Source: Eledone cirrhosa (lineage: Eukaryota). From it: a DNA stretch of 64,000 bases. This document shows, one piece after another, positions 1 to 13,124 of the stretch (positions are counted from its first letter, which is position 1; every line of letters begins with the position of its first letter). The translations under genes were made by a program, and so were the position numbers. The notes below the pieces were generated by a model. It was not told where the DNA came from. It saw only the letters and a list, made by a program, of their open reading frames with translations, and made no database searches. The stretch lies in assembly GCA_964016885.1 (NCBI GenBank), contig OZ024741.1, positions 338,272,001 to 338,336,000 on the forward strand, given 5' to 3'.

Positions 1-355
1 TATAAAAGTTTACATATATATATACGTACACATACATATACGTGTTTTGCAACTGGTCACTTTGTGGCTCAATGAAAAATTAATAAATTAAACAATCAGA
101 GCTATATATCATAAAACATGTCTATAGAATCACAAGATAAAATATATACTATTTCCTCTCCCAATTAGCATAATTAACTATATAAAAAATCGAATAGACC
201 AGGCTATACGAATGAGGCTTCTATGAAGGAATCTCCGACAAATAACCAAAACTAGCGCTTCGCGTCAGCCGTAGCGGAATATTTATCGAATATTTCGACA
301 GCGTAATCGCCTAGATACAGTCAACTAAGCAGAATTAGGTTTAAAATAAACTATA

Positions 356-405
<50 letters not shown>

Positions 406-412
406 GTGTACA

Positions 413-630
413 TATTTTCAACAGTAATACTATACTATATATTTTCAACATTAATACTATACTATATATTTTCAACAGTAATACTATACTATATATTTTC
501 AACAGTGATTCTATACTATACTATATATTTTCAACAGTAATACTGTACTGTACTATAAATTTTCAACAATAATACTGTACTATGTATTTTCAACAGTTAT
601 ATTATATATTTTCAACAGTAATACTATACT
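413..630. repeat. ~30-bp minisatellite (TATTTTCAACAGTAATACTATACTATA-like)
   Basis: About 7 degenerate tandem units visible next to a (TA)n tract. Confidence 0.8.
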
Positions 631-750
631 ACACAGACGGCTTATCGTCTGTTTATCCAAGCGAAGCTAGGTACGACAGCTATATATATATATATGGATG
701 CCATAGAACACGCCAATGGTAGCCGGGCGCCAGCCGGAAGGGCCAGCTAG

Positions 751-879
<129 letters not shown>

Positions 880-982
880 ACACACACACAAATATCACAG
901 GGACCACCAAAATGTATAGGCAGGCTCACACACACATTTTATGAGCAAAGATACGTTCGTTTGTGTGTGTGTCAGTGACGTT

Positions 983-1081
<99 letters not shown>

Positions 1082-1407
1082 AGTGAAGATACGTGTGTTT
1101 GTGTGTGTCAGGCAAGATACGTGTGTTTGTGTTTATTGATGGAGATAGATGCGTTTGTGTGTGTGTGTGAGTCAGTGAAGTTACGTGTGTTTGTGTGTGT
1201 GCGTCAGTGAAGATATGTGTCGATGTGCGTGCGTGTCAGTGAAATTACGTGTGTGTGTGTGTGCGTCAGTAAAGATACGTGTATGTGTGTACGTGTTACT
1301 GTGATACTTCTTTGGTGTTCCACAAGAGTCTAGAATACACTTAAAATATAAAAGCATAATATTGTTGGGATCAAAATATCAGTTGAAGTTTAACCACATT
1401 GTGTTAG

Positions 1408-3135
1408 TCTATATATAAAGTCGTTTTACATCAGCCTTAGAAAGTTAAACAAAGTTAGGTGATACTAACTACAACACAAACGCACTTTGCCACAAAAAGT
1501 CAGAGCTGTGTGGTGTTATCAAAGTGAGGTAATACTAATAAACACAATAACACACTGAGCTCCAATGATTCTAACCTTCCGACTACAATGACATCTTAAA
1601 GGAGGTAAATTTCACCATTGATTTAGATCTCTTTGGTAGAGATATTCACGTAACTTTCATGCATTTCTCATTTAATCTCCATTTTAGCTTTCAAAAATGA
1701 CGTCAAGGAGAAAAAAATTGTGACTGTCCACAAGCTCTTCAGACGTTGCTAACAAGGCAAGAAGGGTGAGAGAACCCACATTTTGATTTGGTTACATAAT
1801 ATCCTTTGGTCAAATCATAGATGATTCATGGGCCCAGTGGTTCAACTAATCTATCCTTCCTATGCATGAAGGCTGATAAGTGTACTAAGAAACTCAAACT
1901 GGAGAAGATGGCTACTCCCTTTACAGGAGAAGAAAACCTGGGCATGGTGGATTAACTTCGAAAAGAATAGAGAAATTTGAAAGAATACATCAGTGACAAT
2001 CAGTGGATTGAACCCTACTGTCTTCTTACAAAATATTTTAAAGCCCATATCAATGTTGAATTCTGCAGCTCTGTTAAGTCTGTTAAGTATGTTTGCAAAT
2101 ATATAAATAAAGGTTTAGATGCTGCAACATACACTCTTATGCAGAATGGCAATCATCTGATAAGCAAAAGTGACGAAGTTGCACAGTATGAGAGAGGAAG
2201 ATACATCAGTAGCAATGAGGCTTTTGGGCGCATCTTCAATTTTCCCATTCATTATAGGCACTCAGCCATCGTTCAACTGATCCTTTTGCATGAAGTATAT
2301 GGTCTCAAATCATTCGAAGATTTGAGGAGAGTAAATGGTCATGTGTGTGAAGCGTATTGGGAAGCATGCTATTAAAAAGTGTTTTTAGAAAATGATGATC
2401 ACTGGGACCTTGCATTGACTGAAGCATCAGTGTCAGATTTTCAAAGGAAACTCTGTAACCTTTTTGCTAATATACTGAACAGGTACCAAATTGGCAGTCC
2501 TCTACAGTCCCAATAATGCTTTTAAGAAATTTAGGTCCTCCTAAATTATGCAAAGGGACAAGGTTGATTGTGAAGACATTATTCCCTAATGTGATAGAAG
2601 CTACCATCATCACTGAGTGTGCCTCTGGGGAAGATGTTTCCATTACAAGAATTCCAATCAAACCCACGGACGTGCTATTTGAGTTCAAACGAACATAATT
2701 CCCAGTGCGGCTTTGCTTCGCAATGTCTATCAATAAAGCTGAAGGTCAGACTTTGAAACCTACTGGCTTGCACTTAAGTTAGCCTTGCTTTTCTCATGGT
2801 CAACTTTACGTTGGTTGCTCCAGGATGGGTAGTTTACAACACTTAGTTATCTATGTTCCAAACCAGAAAACAAAGAATATTGTTTACCCAGAAGCTCTTA
2901 AGTAATTTCCTTCAACATATATGATAGAATTTGTCTCCCCACATAAAAGTGATAGATTTTGTATTTTCATTTTTTATTAATTTTGGTATTATGAATTCAG
3001 AATTGATTTCATCATGTACCTCAATTGAAGAATAAATGGAATTTAGAATAACAAATTTCTATACATGTTTTGCTTTCTTCTTCTAATATATAAGGAACTC
3101 TTTCATTCCCGGGCAACGCCCGGTGCCTCTGTTAG
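1408..3135 (+). mobile_element. Degenerate, internally deleted Helitron (Rep and Pif1 helicase fragments)
   Basis: ORF 1977-2375 HINVEFCSSVKSVKYVCKYINKG (Rep region); 2516-2843 LLRNLGPPKLCKGTRL...FPVRLCFAMSINKAEGQT...FSHGQLYVGCSR (Pif1 motifs); 3' GC-rich hairpin CCCGGGCAACGCCCGG then GTTAG at 3108-3135. The 5' end is a guess. Confidence 0.85.
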
Positions 3136-3671
3136 AGGGCCTGCGGTTGGCCCTTTATCTATTTGTCTGTATGCCTGCTTTGTGTACATGGCGCAAAGAG
3201 CTTTATAGTGGTAACCTGTCTTGCTAGAAATTACAGCGAAATAAAACCTTAGCTTCTACAATGCACACACACACATTGATTTGAACCTATCTATGTATTA
3301 CTCTTCCTGTCTCTATGTATTTCTTTCTATCTATCCATCACCAAGTACAGAAAGCATTCTTCAAAGGAGAATCAGCTGGATGTGTCTAGTATATATATAA
3401 AAGCTATCAGAAAATCCAGTGATCCGAAAAGATATCCAAATGGAAGTTCAACAAGAGTCCGGGTAAAAATCCATTTTCAAGATGAAAATCCAATTTAGGA
3501 ATCCAATGATATTTGCGGAGAGGGAGAAGGCATTTAAAGTTAAATATTTATACAAATTGTTCTTTTCCTGAAGTGTGTATACATTTTTTGCGGCCTCTGT
3601 ATGTTGAGAGTTAACTGTAAAGAAATAGAAAGTTTGTTACGAATTAGTTCAAGCGATAACCCTTGGACTAA

Positions 3672-3835
3672 TAAGGATTTCTAATTTAGGCACAAGGCCA
3701 GTAATGTGTGTGGTGGGGGTGGGAGGAAAGGTCGATTATATTGACCCCAGTTGATATTTGATTAGTACTTATTGACCTTTGAAGGAAGAGAGCCATAGTT
3801 GACTCCAGCGGGTTTTGAAAGCATTTAAACTAATA
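3672..3835. mobile_element. SINE-like dispersed repeat
   Basis: TTTCTAATTTAGGCACAAGGCCAG...GTCGATTA..TGACCCCAG motif recurs at 45290-45490 and, reversed, at ~45870-45970. Confidence 0.6.
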
Positions 3836-3892
3836 ATAAGAAATAGCACAGACACACACACACATACACACATACGCATACACATATAAATA

Positions 3893-3924
<32 letters not shown>

Positions 3925-4048
3925 CATGTTCTGGTTTTGTTATGTCATAAATTTTCACCAATAGAGAGAGAGCTGGTTTCTAACACAGACACAAGACTCT
4001 TTCATTGGAATTTAGACACCATCAACTAGATAAATACGTATGAATGTC

Positions 4049-4139
<91 letters not shown>

Positions 4140-4143
<4 letters not shown>

Positions 4144-4888
4144 GTGATCTTCGACTTGCACTTGATAGGTTTTACGATGAGTACTGCATGGCTTGAATGA
4201 TAATCAGTGCTGCGAAAACTGAGACACTCATCCTCTCAAGGAAGCCGGCGCAGTGCACTCTACATGTGAATGGAGTTTATGTTTGCGAGTGATGGAAAGC
4301 AGGAAGCTGAATTAAGTGAAAGAATTGCAAAAGCTGATGCAGTAATGCGCAAGCATCAGCATTCAGTAATCAGAAGAAGGGTGGTAGGCGTAAAAGCCAA
4401 ACTCGCTAAGTTCAGTTCGACATTCGTGCCAACTCTCACCTATGGTTATGAATCTTGAGTAACGACCAAAGAAATAAGATCGCGAATAATAGCGGCTGAA
4501 ATGGGATTCCTCCGAAGGGTCTTTGGAGTAACGTTACTCGATAAAGTGCGTAGCTCGGAGATCAGAGAGTCACTCCGGGTAGAGCCGCTACTTTTCCGAA
4601 TTGAGAGATTACACCTCCGATGCTATGGGAATGTAATTAGAATGACACAAGAAAGAATCGCTAGACAGATTTTACGGGCAAAACCAAACGGCACGAGACC
4701 CAGGGATAAACTCTGAGCAAGATGGTTGGATAACATCCATGAGCTTGGCTGGTCACGCTTGGGTATCCAGCCGGATCAGTTGGAGATGGTTGCCTCTGAC
4801 AGGACCCGCTGGAAGGAGTGTTTGGGGGCTCTGCCAACAGGACCATCTCAAGAAGAAGAAGAAGAAGAAGAAGAAGAAGAAGAAGAAG
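4140..4888 (+). mobile_element. 5'-truncated RTE-clade LINE with (GAA)n tail
   Basis: Peptides FVPTLTYGYES, EMGFLRRVFGVTLLDKVRS.EIR, LRCYGNVIRM, G.RPR...W; ends in (GAA)n. Confidence 0.85.
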
Positions 4889-5599
4889 GTATGGATGTTA
4901 TTGCATGTGTGGATCCGTATGCTTTGAGTTTTATATGTACGCGTGCATATGTTTCTGTATCATGCCGACCTTTTTGTTTTACTTTTAGTGTGGTGGGTAA
5001 AGTGTATCTCAAACTACATTTTACAAAGTAGATATTTTATTTGCCTGAGATGTGTCCATTTGTAGCTTGTATGTGAATATTTTTTGTTTGTTTGTTTTTC
5101 TGAATGTATGTATGTATGTATGCATGTATGTATGTATGTGCACAGTCTTTCCTCACTTTCGACAGGCATTGCACGATAGTCTTAATTGATAATTATTAAT
5201 AATGTTATATCGTGCAATGGCCATACTCAATGACGAGGGGGTAGCCATCATGTATGTATGTATGTATGTATGTATGTTCTTCTGGTTTTATAATTTCACA
5301 ATTTTTTGCCAATAGAGAGAGAACCTGTTTCTAACATAGACACAAGACTCTCTCATTGGAATTTACACAACATCAACTAGGTAGATATGTCTGCATGTCT
5401 GCATGCATGTGTGTGAAGGTATGGATGTTATTGTATGTGTGGATGTGGATGTTTTTAGTTGTATGTGTGCATGTGCATATGCTTTGTATCTGTACAAGTG
5501 TATATGCAGTTATTAGATGCAGAATTTCTGGGATATTTTACATATTTTTACTGTTCCATTAAGGTATTTAAGATATTGTAGTTGTGATTTCCTAACTAG

Positions 5600-6545
5600 T
5601 TGTGTTCTTTCTGTTCCTGTGAAGCTCAGCTTCTCAAGATTTGTATTGAGGCAGTTACTAATATACCCCAGTGGCCCAATAATCACAGGCATAAATCTGA
5701 AGGTTTAGTCAGGGTGGCGTATCTGCAGATTTCTCATTAGTTCTGCATAGATATTCTCCTTTTCGCTAATCTTTGATTGGCATCTGCTGGGCAGCTAACT
5801 TCCACTACTGTGCATGCCTTCTTTCCTCATATCCTTATATTGGTCTGTTATGCCTGCATTTTATTGAGGTTTTTACTGAAACATTCCACCAGTACTCTTT
5901 CATATTATGTATATGTATGTCTTCTACATTGCTGTAGCTTTTAATGTGTTTATTGTCGGGGCTATATTTTCTACGGATTGCATTGTACAGTGTTTTGGCC
6001 ATTACATCATGCCTCATAGGTAGATAGTACCGCGATGACATCTTTGGACAGCTGCTTATGACATGGGTGTCATCTTCGATGTTAATTCTACAGATTCTGC
6101 ACTTGTCACATCTAGGTGTTTTGCCTGCATCGCTATCTCTTTTGTGAATCAGGTATTTTGTATTGATTTCCTGTTCTCGGATTGCAAAAGCGTATCCTTC
6201 AAGGTGGGAGCTAATATAGCGGCTGTTGGTCCAAAATAGACTACTTTGCTTTTCTATATTACTCTCACTCTGGAGCTTCCTTGTAATGTATCCATGCATG
6301 ATTTTCTTTTATTTTTTTGCTGATAAGCATGCAGCTTTTCATCCATGGATTTACTGCGGTACTGATGGGCAATTTCCCTAGGTGTGAGTGTTTGGTTAAC
6401 ATGCAGGGATATTTTTCAAGGAGTTCCTTCCCAACTCTCATCGTCTTATCTGTCTAATGTAGATAGACTTGCTCGATAGATGGGCTCCTGCGCTTCGAGG
6501 TTCGTAAATGTTGTCGGAGGGATATGATGTGACACTCAAATGCTG
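5600..6545 (-). mobile_element. Fragment of RLE-type non-LTR retrotransposon (R4/Dong-like), C-terminal zinc knuckle and restriction-like endonuclease
   Basis: ORF 5835-6299 MHG...REQEINTKY...CRIC...EDDTHVISSC...RHDVMAK.LY...WWN...HNRP; VEVSCP follows in another frame. Confidence 0.8.
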
Positions 6546-6659
6546 TCTGGGCTGATGTTAGGCCTCTGTATGTATGTATGTATGTATGTATGTATGTATG
6601 TATGTATGTATGTATGTATGTATGTATGTATGTATGTATGTATGTATGTATGTATGTAT

Positions 6660-7010
6660 TTGATGTGCAATGTATGTGGACGATTTCTTCTATGAAGAGC
6701 TGGATTTATCAACCATCTAAAGTCACACGAGCCAGGGAGTAATCATGTTACTTTTGAGATGGTTCTACCACCACAGCACATTTGTAATGAGTGTGACTTT
6801 ATTTTGCAAGTCGGCTGGTGGACTGACCAGGCATGGTAGAATGCATAAAGGCACACCTCAATCGGTTTTGCCTGGAGACAGAGTGAAGACAAGTGTCACA
6901 TTGCCGCACATGCTTGCAAAACAAAGGCGAATTTGAAAAGTTACCTGCGTGCATATAATCGTGCGATGTCCAATGAAGAGATGGCACTCTCTGACAAGAA
7001 GTAGCAATCA
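6660..7010 (+). pseudogene. Degenerate C2H2 zinc-finger-coding fragment, probably a LINE 3' end
   Basis: CNVCGR...AGFINHLKSH and CNECDF.CKSAGGLTRHGRMH readable with frameshifts, between (TATG)n tracts. Confidence 0.45.
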
Positions 7011-8156
7011 ACAAGTATGTATGTATGTATGTATGTGTGTGTATATGTGTGTGCGTATATATGTATGTACGTATGTGTGTACGTATGTATGTACGTATGT
7101 GTGTATATGTTCTTCTGGTTTTATAATTTCACAAATGTTTATCAATAGAGAGAGAGTCGGTTTCTAACATAGACACAAGACTCTCTCATTGGAATTTACA
7201 CAACATCAACTAGGTAGATATGTCTGTATGTCTGCATGCATGTGTGTGAAGGTATGGGTGCTATTGTATGTGTGGATGTGGATGTTTTGAGTTGTATGTG
7301 TGCTTTGTATGTGTACATGTGTATATGCAGTTATTAGATTCAAAACTTTTGGAATGTTTTACATATTTTTACTGTTCCATTAATGGATTGTACTTGTATA
7401 TATGTATGTAAGTATGTATGAATATATGTATGTGTGTATATATGTATGTATAAATGGATGTGTGTCTATATGTATGAATATGTATATGTATGCACGCATA
7501 TATGTTGATGAGATCACCTAAACTCTTCAATTAATTTAAATTTATTCTCAATAATGGCTTCTCACAAACTGCGCTGTCACATTTAGTTTCACACCTGTAA
7601 TCTATTAATGGAATATTTTTCATTGTTATTAATTCCCTGAAAATGTATTTCACAATCGATTGAACTTTATACAATTAACATGAGACAATAATAATAATCA
7701 GTTGAAAATCTATACCATTGTTCATATGCAAACAAACCTAAAGACACACCAATTGAAACATCGAATGCAAAACAGCAGTCAACAGCTTTAAAATATATTT
7801 TCAAATAAATGTACAACAGGTCTATGGGACTAGTCACGTTGGCAGACGACTTTCATAGAAAATTTCTCGAAAAAACTTTTTCTTGTTGTACATGTGTTTT
7901 AATCTTGAAATTTTCCCAAGAACAACGTCTTCTAAATTATTGCTGTTGTTATTGTTAGTGACTATTTTAATGTGCACTTAACCTCTGCTTTTGTTATTCT
8001 AAATCTATTTTTGTGCAGTAAGTTTACACTTTGTGTCAAATTGTGACAAATACTACATCCGTTTACGCAATAAACGGGGGTTAAAACTTTGAAATGTTAA
8101 AAATAGCCATTTCTTGTTTGATATTCTCGGACTCAGAGAATATCAAACAGGAAATC

Positions 8157-8240
8157 ATGGCATCAACCTCAAAGATTTTTGCAGTTCTAAAATTTCCTTC
8201 TAATAAACCATGGTTGCTGTTGTAGTCGATGGTGGTGGAA
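8157..8240 (+). CDS. Possible first (signal peptide) exon of the chitin-binding gene, frameshifted as given
   Basis: Removing one A from each of two A-runs (8189-8192, 8205-8207) gives MASTSKIFAVLNFLLITMVAVVVDGGG with a phase-1 donor A|GTAAAC. As written the frame closes, so this is speculative. Confidence 0.3.
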
Positions 8241-8383
8241 GTAAACGTTCATTGAGTAAATATATGATCAATGCATTCTATCCGTGACCATCGCACTATT
8301 TCATTTAGACTCCGTGTATCTAGGACTACGTTATCTAATGTCCTTTTTTAATGTGGTTAGAATGTCTCAAGAAAGAAACACTT

Positions 8384-8646
8384 GCCAGATCTAACGGACA
8401 AAACCAACCGGCAGGAGACCCAGGTATAAACTCCGAACAAGATGGTTGGGTAACGTCCATGAGCTTGGCTGGTCACGCTTGGGTATCCAGCCAGATCAGT
8501 TGAAGACGGTTGCTTCTGACAGGCCCCACTGGAAGGAGTGTTTGAGCGCTCTATCAACACGAGCGTCTCAAGAAGAAGAAGAAGAAGAAGAAGAAGAAGA
8601 AGAAGAAGAAGAAGAAGAAGAAGAAGAAGAAGAAGAAGAAGAAGAA
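8384..8646 (+). mobile_element. Short 3' fragment of the same RTE family as 4140-4888, with (GAA)n tail
   Basis: Closely similar to 4660-4888 (HELGWSRLGIQPDQL...). Confidence 0.85.
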
Positions 8647-8984
8647 TATTGGTGTCTATATACTTCTAACTGGTCAAACGACCATGCAGTGTGGATGAGT
8701 CAGTGATAACACTGCTCAACTAGGTGAACCATAGACTGGACATATGGCTAGGCAAGAATATTGTAATTGTTCCACTCACCGAAATACATGTATATTTGTA
8801 TATTTGATGGCAGAGCTACGGAGATGAATTAAAGCAATTTACACATGAGTAAGATAATTTGCATGCTGATGATAGCGTATGGTCAGTTCAGGCTTCTGCT
8901 TGCTACTGGTATCGTGTAACTCAGTACAACCTACTTCATGATTGAGTAGTTGGCAACTAAACTGGCTCTCCCACAAGACTATTT

Positions 8985-9180
8985 AGGGAATTTAGAGGGC
9001 TATTATGGTATGTGGTAATGAAAGGGTTAAAGAAGAATATAAGAGAATCTAGAGGACTGTTGTGGTGTGTGGAAACGAAATGGTTAAAGAAGAATATAAG
9101 AGAATCTACAGAACTGTTGTGGTGTGTGGTAACGAAAGAGTTAAAGAGAGGAATATGAGATAATTTAGAGGACTGTTGTA
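8985..9180. repeat. 60-bp tandem repeat, ~3 copies
   Basis: GGTTAAAGAAGAATATAAGAGAATCTA..GGACTGTTGTGG recurs at a 60-bp period. Confidence 0.75.
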
Positions 9181-9234
9181 GCAGAAGTAAATCCACGTTT
9201 TCAATGTAATATCGTTCATTTTTACTTCATTCAG

Positions 9235-9429
9235 AACATTGCCGAAAATCTATGAATGACGACACTACATCAGGAATCTTTCCTCACCCAAGACGATGTG
9301 ATGCCTATATTCAGTGTGTCCCTCGCGATGGCGGTCCTTTTGCCCATGAAAAGATATGCCCTTCACATCTGTTTTTTGACCCGCAGCTTTTAACATGTAA
9401 CTGGCAGTCCCGTGTGCTGTATGACGAAG
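9235..9429 (+). CDS. Exon encoding a chitin-binding type-2 (CBM14/peritrophin-A) domain
   Basis: Acceptor TTCATTCAG|, donor G|GTATGT, 195 bp, phase 1-1. Translation HCRKSMNDDTTSGIFPHPRRCDAYIQC...EKICPSHLFFDPQLLTCNWQSRVLYDE matches the CBM14 cysteine/aromatic pattern. Confidence 0.85.
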
Positions 9430-9662
9430 GTATGTATTAATAAGATATATTTCTTTATTTATCAATAAGATAATTGTGTTAATGGTTCAAAACGTGAATA
9501 ACTGTATGTATATATATGTGCGCGTACGCGCGCGCGTGTGTGTGTGTGTGTGTGTGTGAGTATGTGCGTATACATGCATGTTTATACACATATATGTATC
9601 ATTTAAAAACATGTAAGCCCAACAGTAAAGCTTAACCCGTTTCATATATATAGAGAGAGAGA

Positions 9663-12570
9663 TAATAGGAACGAGTAGGACCCCGATGGCTGAACTCAAG
9701 CCGTTTCGACGGCTAATTCTGGACTAAATGAAAATTTTTATGCTGGTACATGAATAGCCGAGCTTCTCAGGGGATATATGGTAAAAGTGATTGTCACAAG
9801 GATTGGTCAAAAGATTGTTGTTGAGACACATAATTCTATCATGGCATTTTGTGGAAGGAAGGGGTAGCTGAACTTGCCAGTAGAAGAAAGAGGGAGAGGG
9901 AGTGGAGGAAACCCAGTCGTGCGTTGAAAGTGACAACTACAGCAGAACCCTAAGGATAAGAGGTCAAGAGAAGTCTACTAGGGAGGGGGAGGAAGTCGAA
10001 ACAATAAGTAAATCTATATGGAGTAAATATATAGAAAAATAAGAATGTTAAAAATATAAAAAAACACAATTTCTGGTTACTATTCCCCTTCCACAATCAT
10101 CAAGTCTCTCACTGGTACTGCTAAACTATAGAAAAGTTTAATAGGTGGAACGGAATACTAAATACGAGATTGTAGTGAAAGAATTTTATGAGTTAGTAGT
10201 AATCGGCCAAATCTATCTTACAATGACAGGTCAACAAGTAGGGGGCCAAAATACTAAAAAAAAAAAACAAATACGGAATAATAATTCAGAGGCCCGAAAC
10301 TAATACGAAATATTAATTCAGAATCCCGAAAATGAATACTAATACGATATATAACAGTACCGCTACAATACATAAATTCTAATACAAACTACATAAATGC
10401 TCGTACGATATATATGAAAAATTTAATACGAAAAATTAATTCAGAATCCCCCCTCAAAAAAATAAATACTGATATACGAGAAACTAAAGCAGAGATACCA
10501 CTAAGAAATCTAGAAATCATGGAAATTGGGCAGCAATCAGATAAGAAAGCAAGTATCTGGGGTCTAGCACATCTGCTATAAAAAGCGGTTCGGCCAATTC
10601 TATCATAGAATAGGGGGTAGGGGTGGGGGTACTGAGGCTACAGAGTACCGAAGGGCTGCCTCGGGGTGGGCGAGAAGGTGAAAAGAACGACGACAAAGAA
10701 GGAGAACTGGGGTGGAAGGACTAAGAAGGGATGGGGGAAGAAGGAAATATAGAGGAAACGATAAAAAATATATAAGAAAATCTTACGTCTACCTTTGTAA
10801 GCAGAGGTTACCCATTACAAAGTCGGCAAGTGGGGTGTTACAGCCCTTGTCTCCCCCCCCCCCCCGGGTCATTATGGGGTTTGAGGGCGAGGTAAGTCCT
10901 ACGCAATCTGTGTTTGCATGCAGTTACCAGTTCGTCTTTCTTGTTTAGGAGTTGGTCCGTCGAAAACAACATTTGTAATGTTTCCTCCGAGCATAAGTTA
11001 CACGGACGGCGTCCTCCCGTGTAAGAGTTGGCTCTGGACAGTAAGCTCCAAGTGAGATTATAGGTTATATTGTTATCTTTGAGGTCCCAGATGTGGCCCG
11101 AAAGTGTAGTGGCGTGACGCCGGACCGGGTTTCGGAAAGTATCTCTGTGTTGGTATAGCCGGGTCTTGAAGTCACAAGCGGTTAATCCTATATAAGCTTT
11201 GTTGGAGGTGTCCGTCCTCACGTTGCACTGGTAGATCACATTACGATCTCTGCATCTGTTGTCGAGGGGGGAAATGGATCCATCAGGACAGTTACACCTC
11301 CTGTACGGCTCTCCACTGCTATCTAGCTTATTTCTTCCATAGGGGTTGAGTTTTTTGTTGTTAGAGGAGACGATGTTTTGTGCAAAGTTAGATGTGGTGC
11401 TGTAGGAGAGTTTGATGGTATTTTTGTGGATTATGTTGTGGTAGCGGTGTTGTAGTGGAAAGTGTTTTTCGATGAGCCTAAAGAGGATTTTCCCGATAGG
11501 TGTTGTCACCTCGGCGTTGTGGGGAGGATTGAACCATGTTACGTTGCGTGAGCGGCGGTGTCGCCTTCTGGTTCCGCTAATGGAAGCTGGACGGTAGGAT
11601 ATTTCCTCCTGGAAGCCACTCCACTTGAGGGCCTGGTTGTAATAAGGCGCATGTTCCTCGAATATCTGCTCAATAGCGGACAAACGAGATATGCGGAGGG
11701 AGATGTTTTTAACCAGGTTATTGGTGATGTTTCTAGGATGGTTTGAGGATCGTACGAGCATTTATGTAGTTTGTATTAGAATTTATGTATTGTAGCGGTA
11801 CTCTTATATATCGTATTAGTATTCATTTTCGGGATTCTGAATTAATATTTCGTATTAGTTTCGAGACTCTGACTTATTATTCCGTATTTGTTTGTTTTTT
11901 TTAGTATTTTGGCCCCCTACTTGTTGACCTGTCATTGTAAGATAGATTTGGCCGATTACTACTAACTCATAAAATGCTTTCACTACAATCTCGTATTTAG
12001 TATTCCGTTCCACCTATTAAACTTTTCTATAGTTTAGCTGTACCAGTGAGAGACTTGATGATTGTGGTAGGGGAATAGTAACCAGAAATTGTGTTTTTTA
12101 ATATTTTTAACATTCTTATTTTTCTATATATTTACTCCATATAGATTTACTTATTGTTTCGACTTCCTCCCCCTTCCTAGTAGACTTCTCTTGACCTCTT
12201 ATCCTTAGGGTTCTGCTGTAGTTGTCACTTTCAACGCACGACTGGGTTTCCTCCACTCCCTCTCCCTCTTTCTTCCACTGGCAAGTTCAGCTACCCCTTC
12301 CTTCCACAAAATGCTATGATAGAATTATGTGTCTCAACAACAATCTTTTGACCAATCCTTGTGACAATCACTTTTACCATATATCCCCTGAGAAACTCGG
12401 CTATTCATGTACCAGGATAAAAATGTTCATGTAGTCCAGAATTTGCCGTCGAAACGGCTTGAGCTCAGCCGTCGGGTTCCGACTCGTTCCTATTACCCAC
12501 TCTAACACCCTAAGTATTGAATACTTTGGTGCGTTATGGTCCATCTGGTTCCTTACCCCATTTCCTTCGT
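9663..12570 (-). mobile_element. 5'-truncated Penelope-like element (RT thumb + GIY-YIG) with ~747-bp inverted pLTRs (9663-10409 / 11749-12495)
   Basis: ORF 10838-11761: SNHP...WFNPP...IKLSYS...NVIYQC...YIGLT..FKTR..QH...CNLC.EE...LNKKDE...CKH. The flanks are reverse complements. Confidence 0.9.
12385..12476 (+). ncRNA. Type I hammerhead-like motif in PLE pLTR (variant core CUGAGAA)
   Basis: CCC-CUGAGAA-long stem II-GAAAC GGC...GCC GUC-GGG; copies at ~9682-9773 (-) and 56829-56922 (+). Confidence 0.55.
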
Positions 12571-13124
12571 TATATATATAGAAAAAGAGTGATTAGAAAT
12601 AGAAGCTTTCGCTGGATATTTTGATAAAGAAATTTCAGCCTGATAGTGGGGTTTAGAACCTTCTCAGAAATGGAAAAAGATGAGTATTGACGTACATATA
12701 TATAAGTTTGAGCACCGCGTCGCCATTGTTTGCTAGGAAGCTGCCCAGATAGGTGAAGTGATCGACTTCTTCCAGGAGATAACCTGCGTTCAAATTTTAA
12801 GTTGAACTTTTTACCCTGTTTGTCATGTATAATGTTTTTAGATATATAAAGAAAATAATCTCGATATACGGGTGTCTCATTATGAATATTTACAAAAATG
12901 AAAATCAATTAGAAACTAGAATAAAATGGAATAATAAAAAAGGGGGAAACAAAAGGAAAGAAAGAATAGGAAAATATGGGAAAAAAGAGCGAAAGAAAGA
13001 AGAAAAAGAACGCAAAGGGGAGGGGATGGCAAGAGCTCTGGTGTTGCGGAAGAGGAGGAGTGAAGGGGAGGGTGATTGGGCTTTGGGCCTAAGGCAAGAG
13101 GGCAGAAGTGTTGTGCCCCGCTGA

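Noticed and set aside
3927-7385. Three copies of a GTTCT(TCT)GGTTTT...TTTCTAACA.AGACACAAGACTCT..CATTGGAATTT segment (3927, 5276, 7109)
   Set aside because: Ordinary dispersed or local repeat next to microsatellites; no further structure seen.
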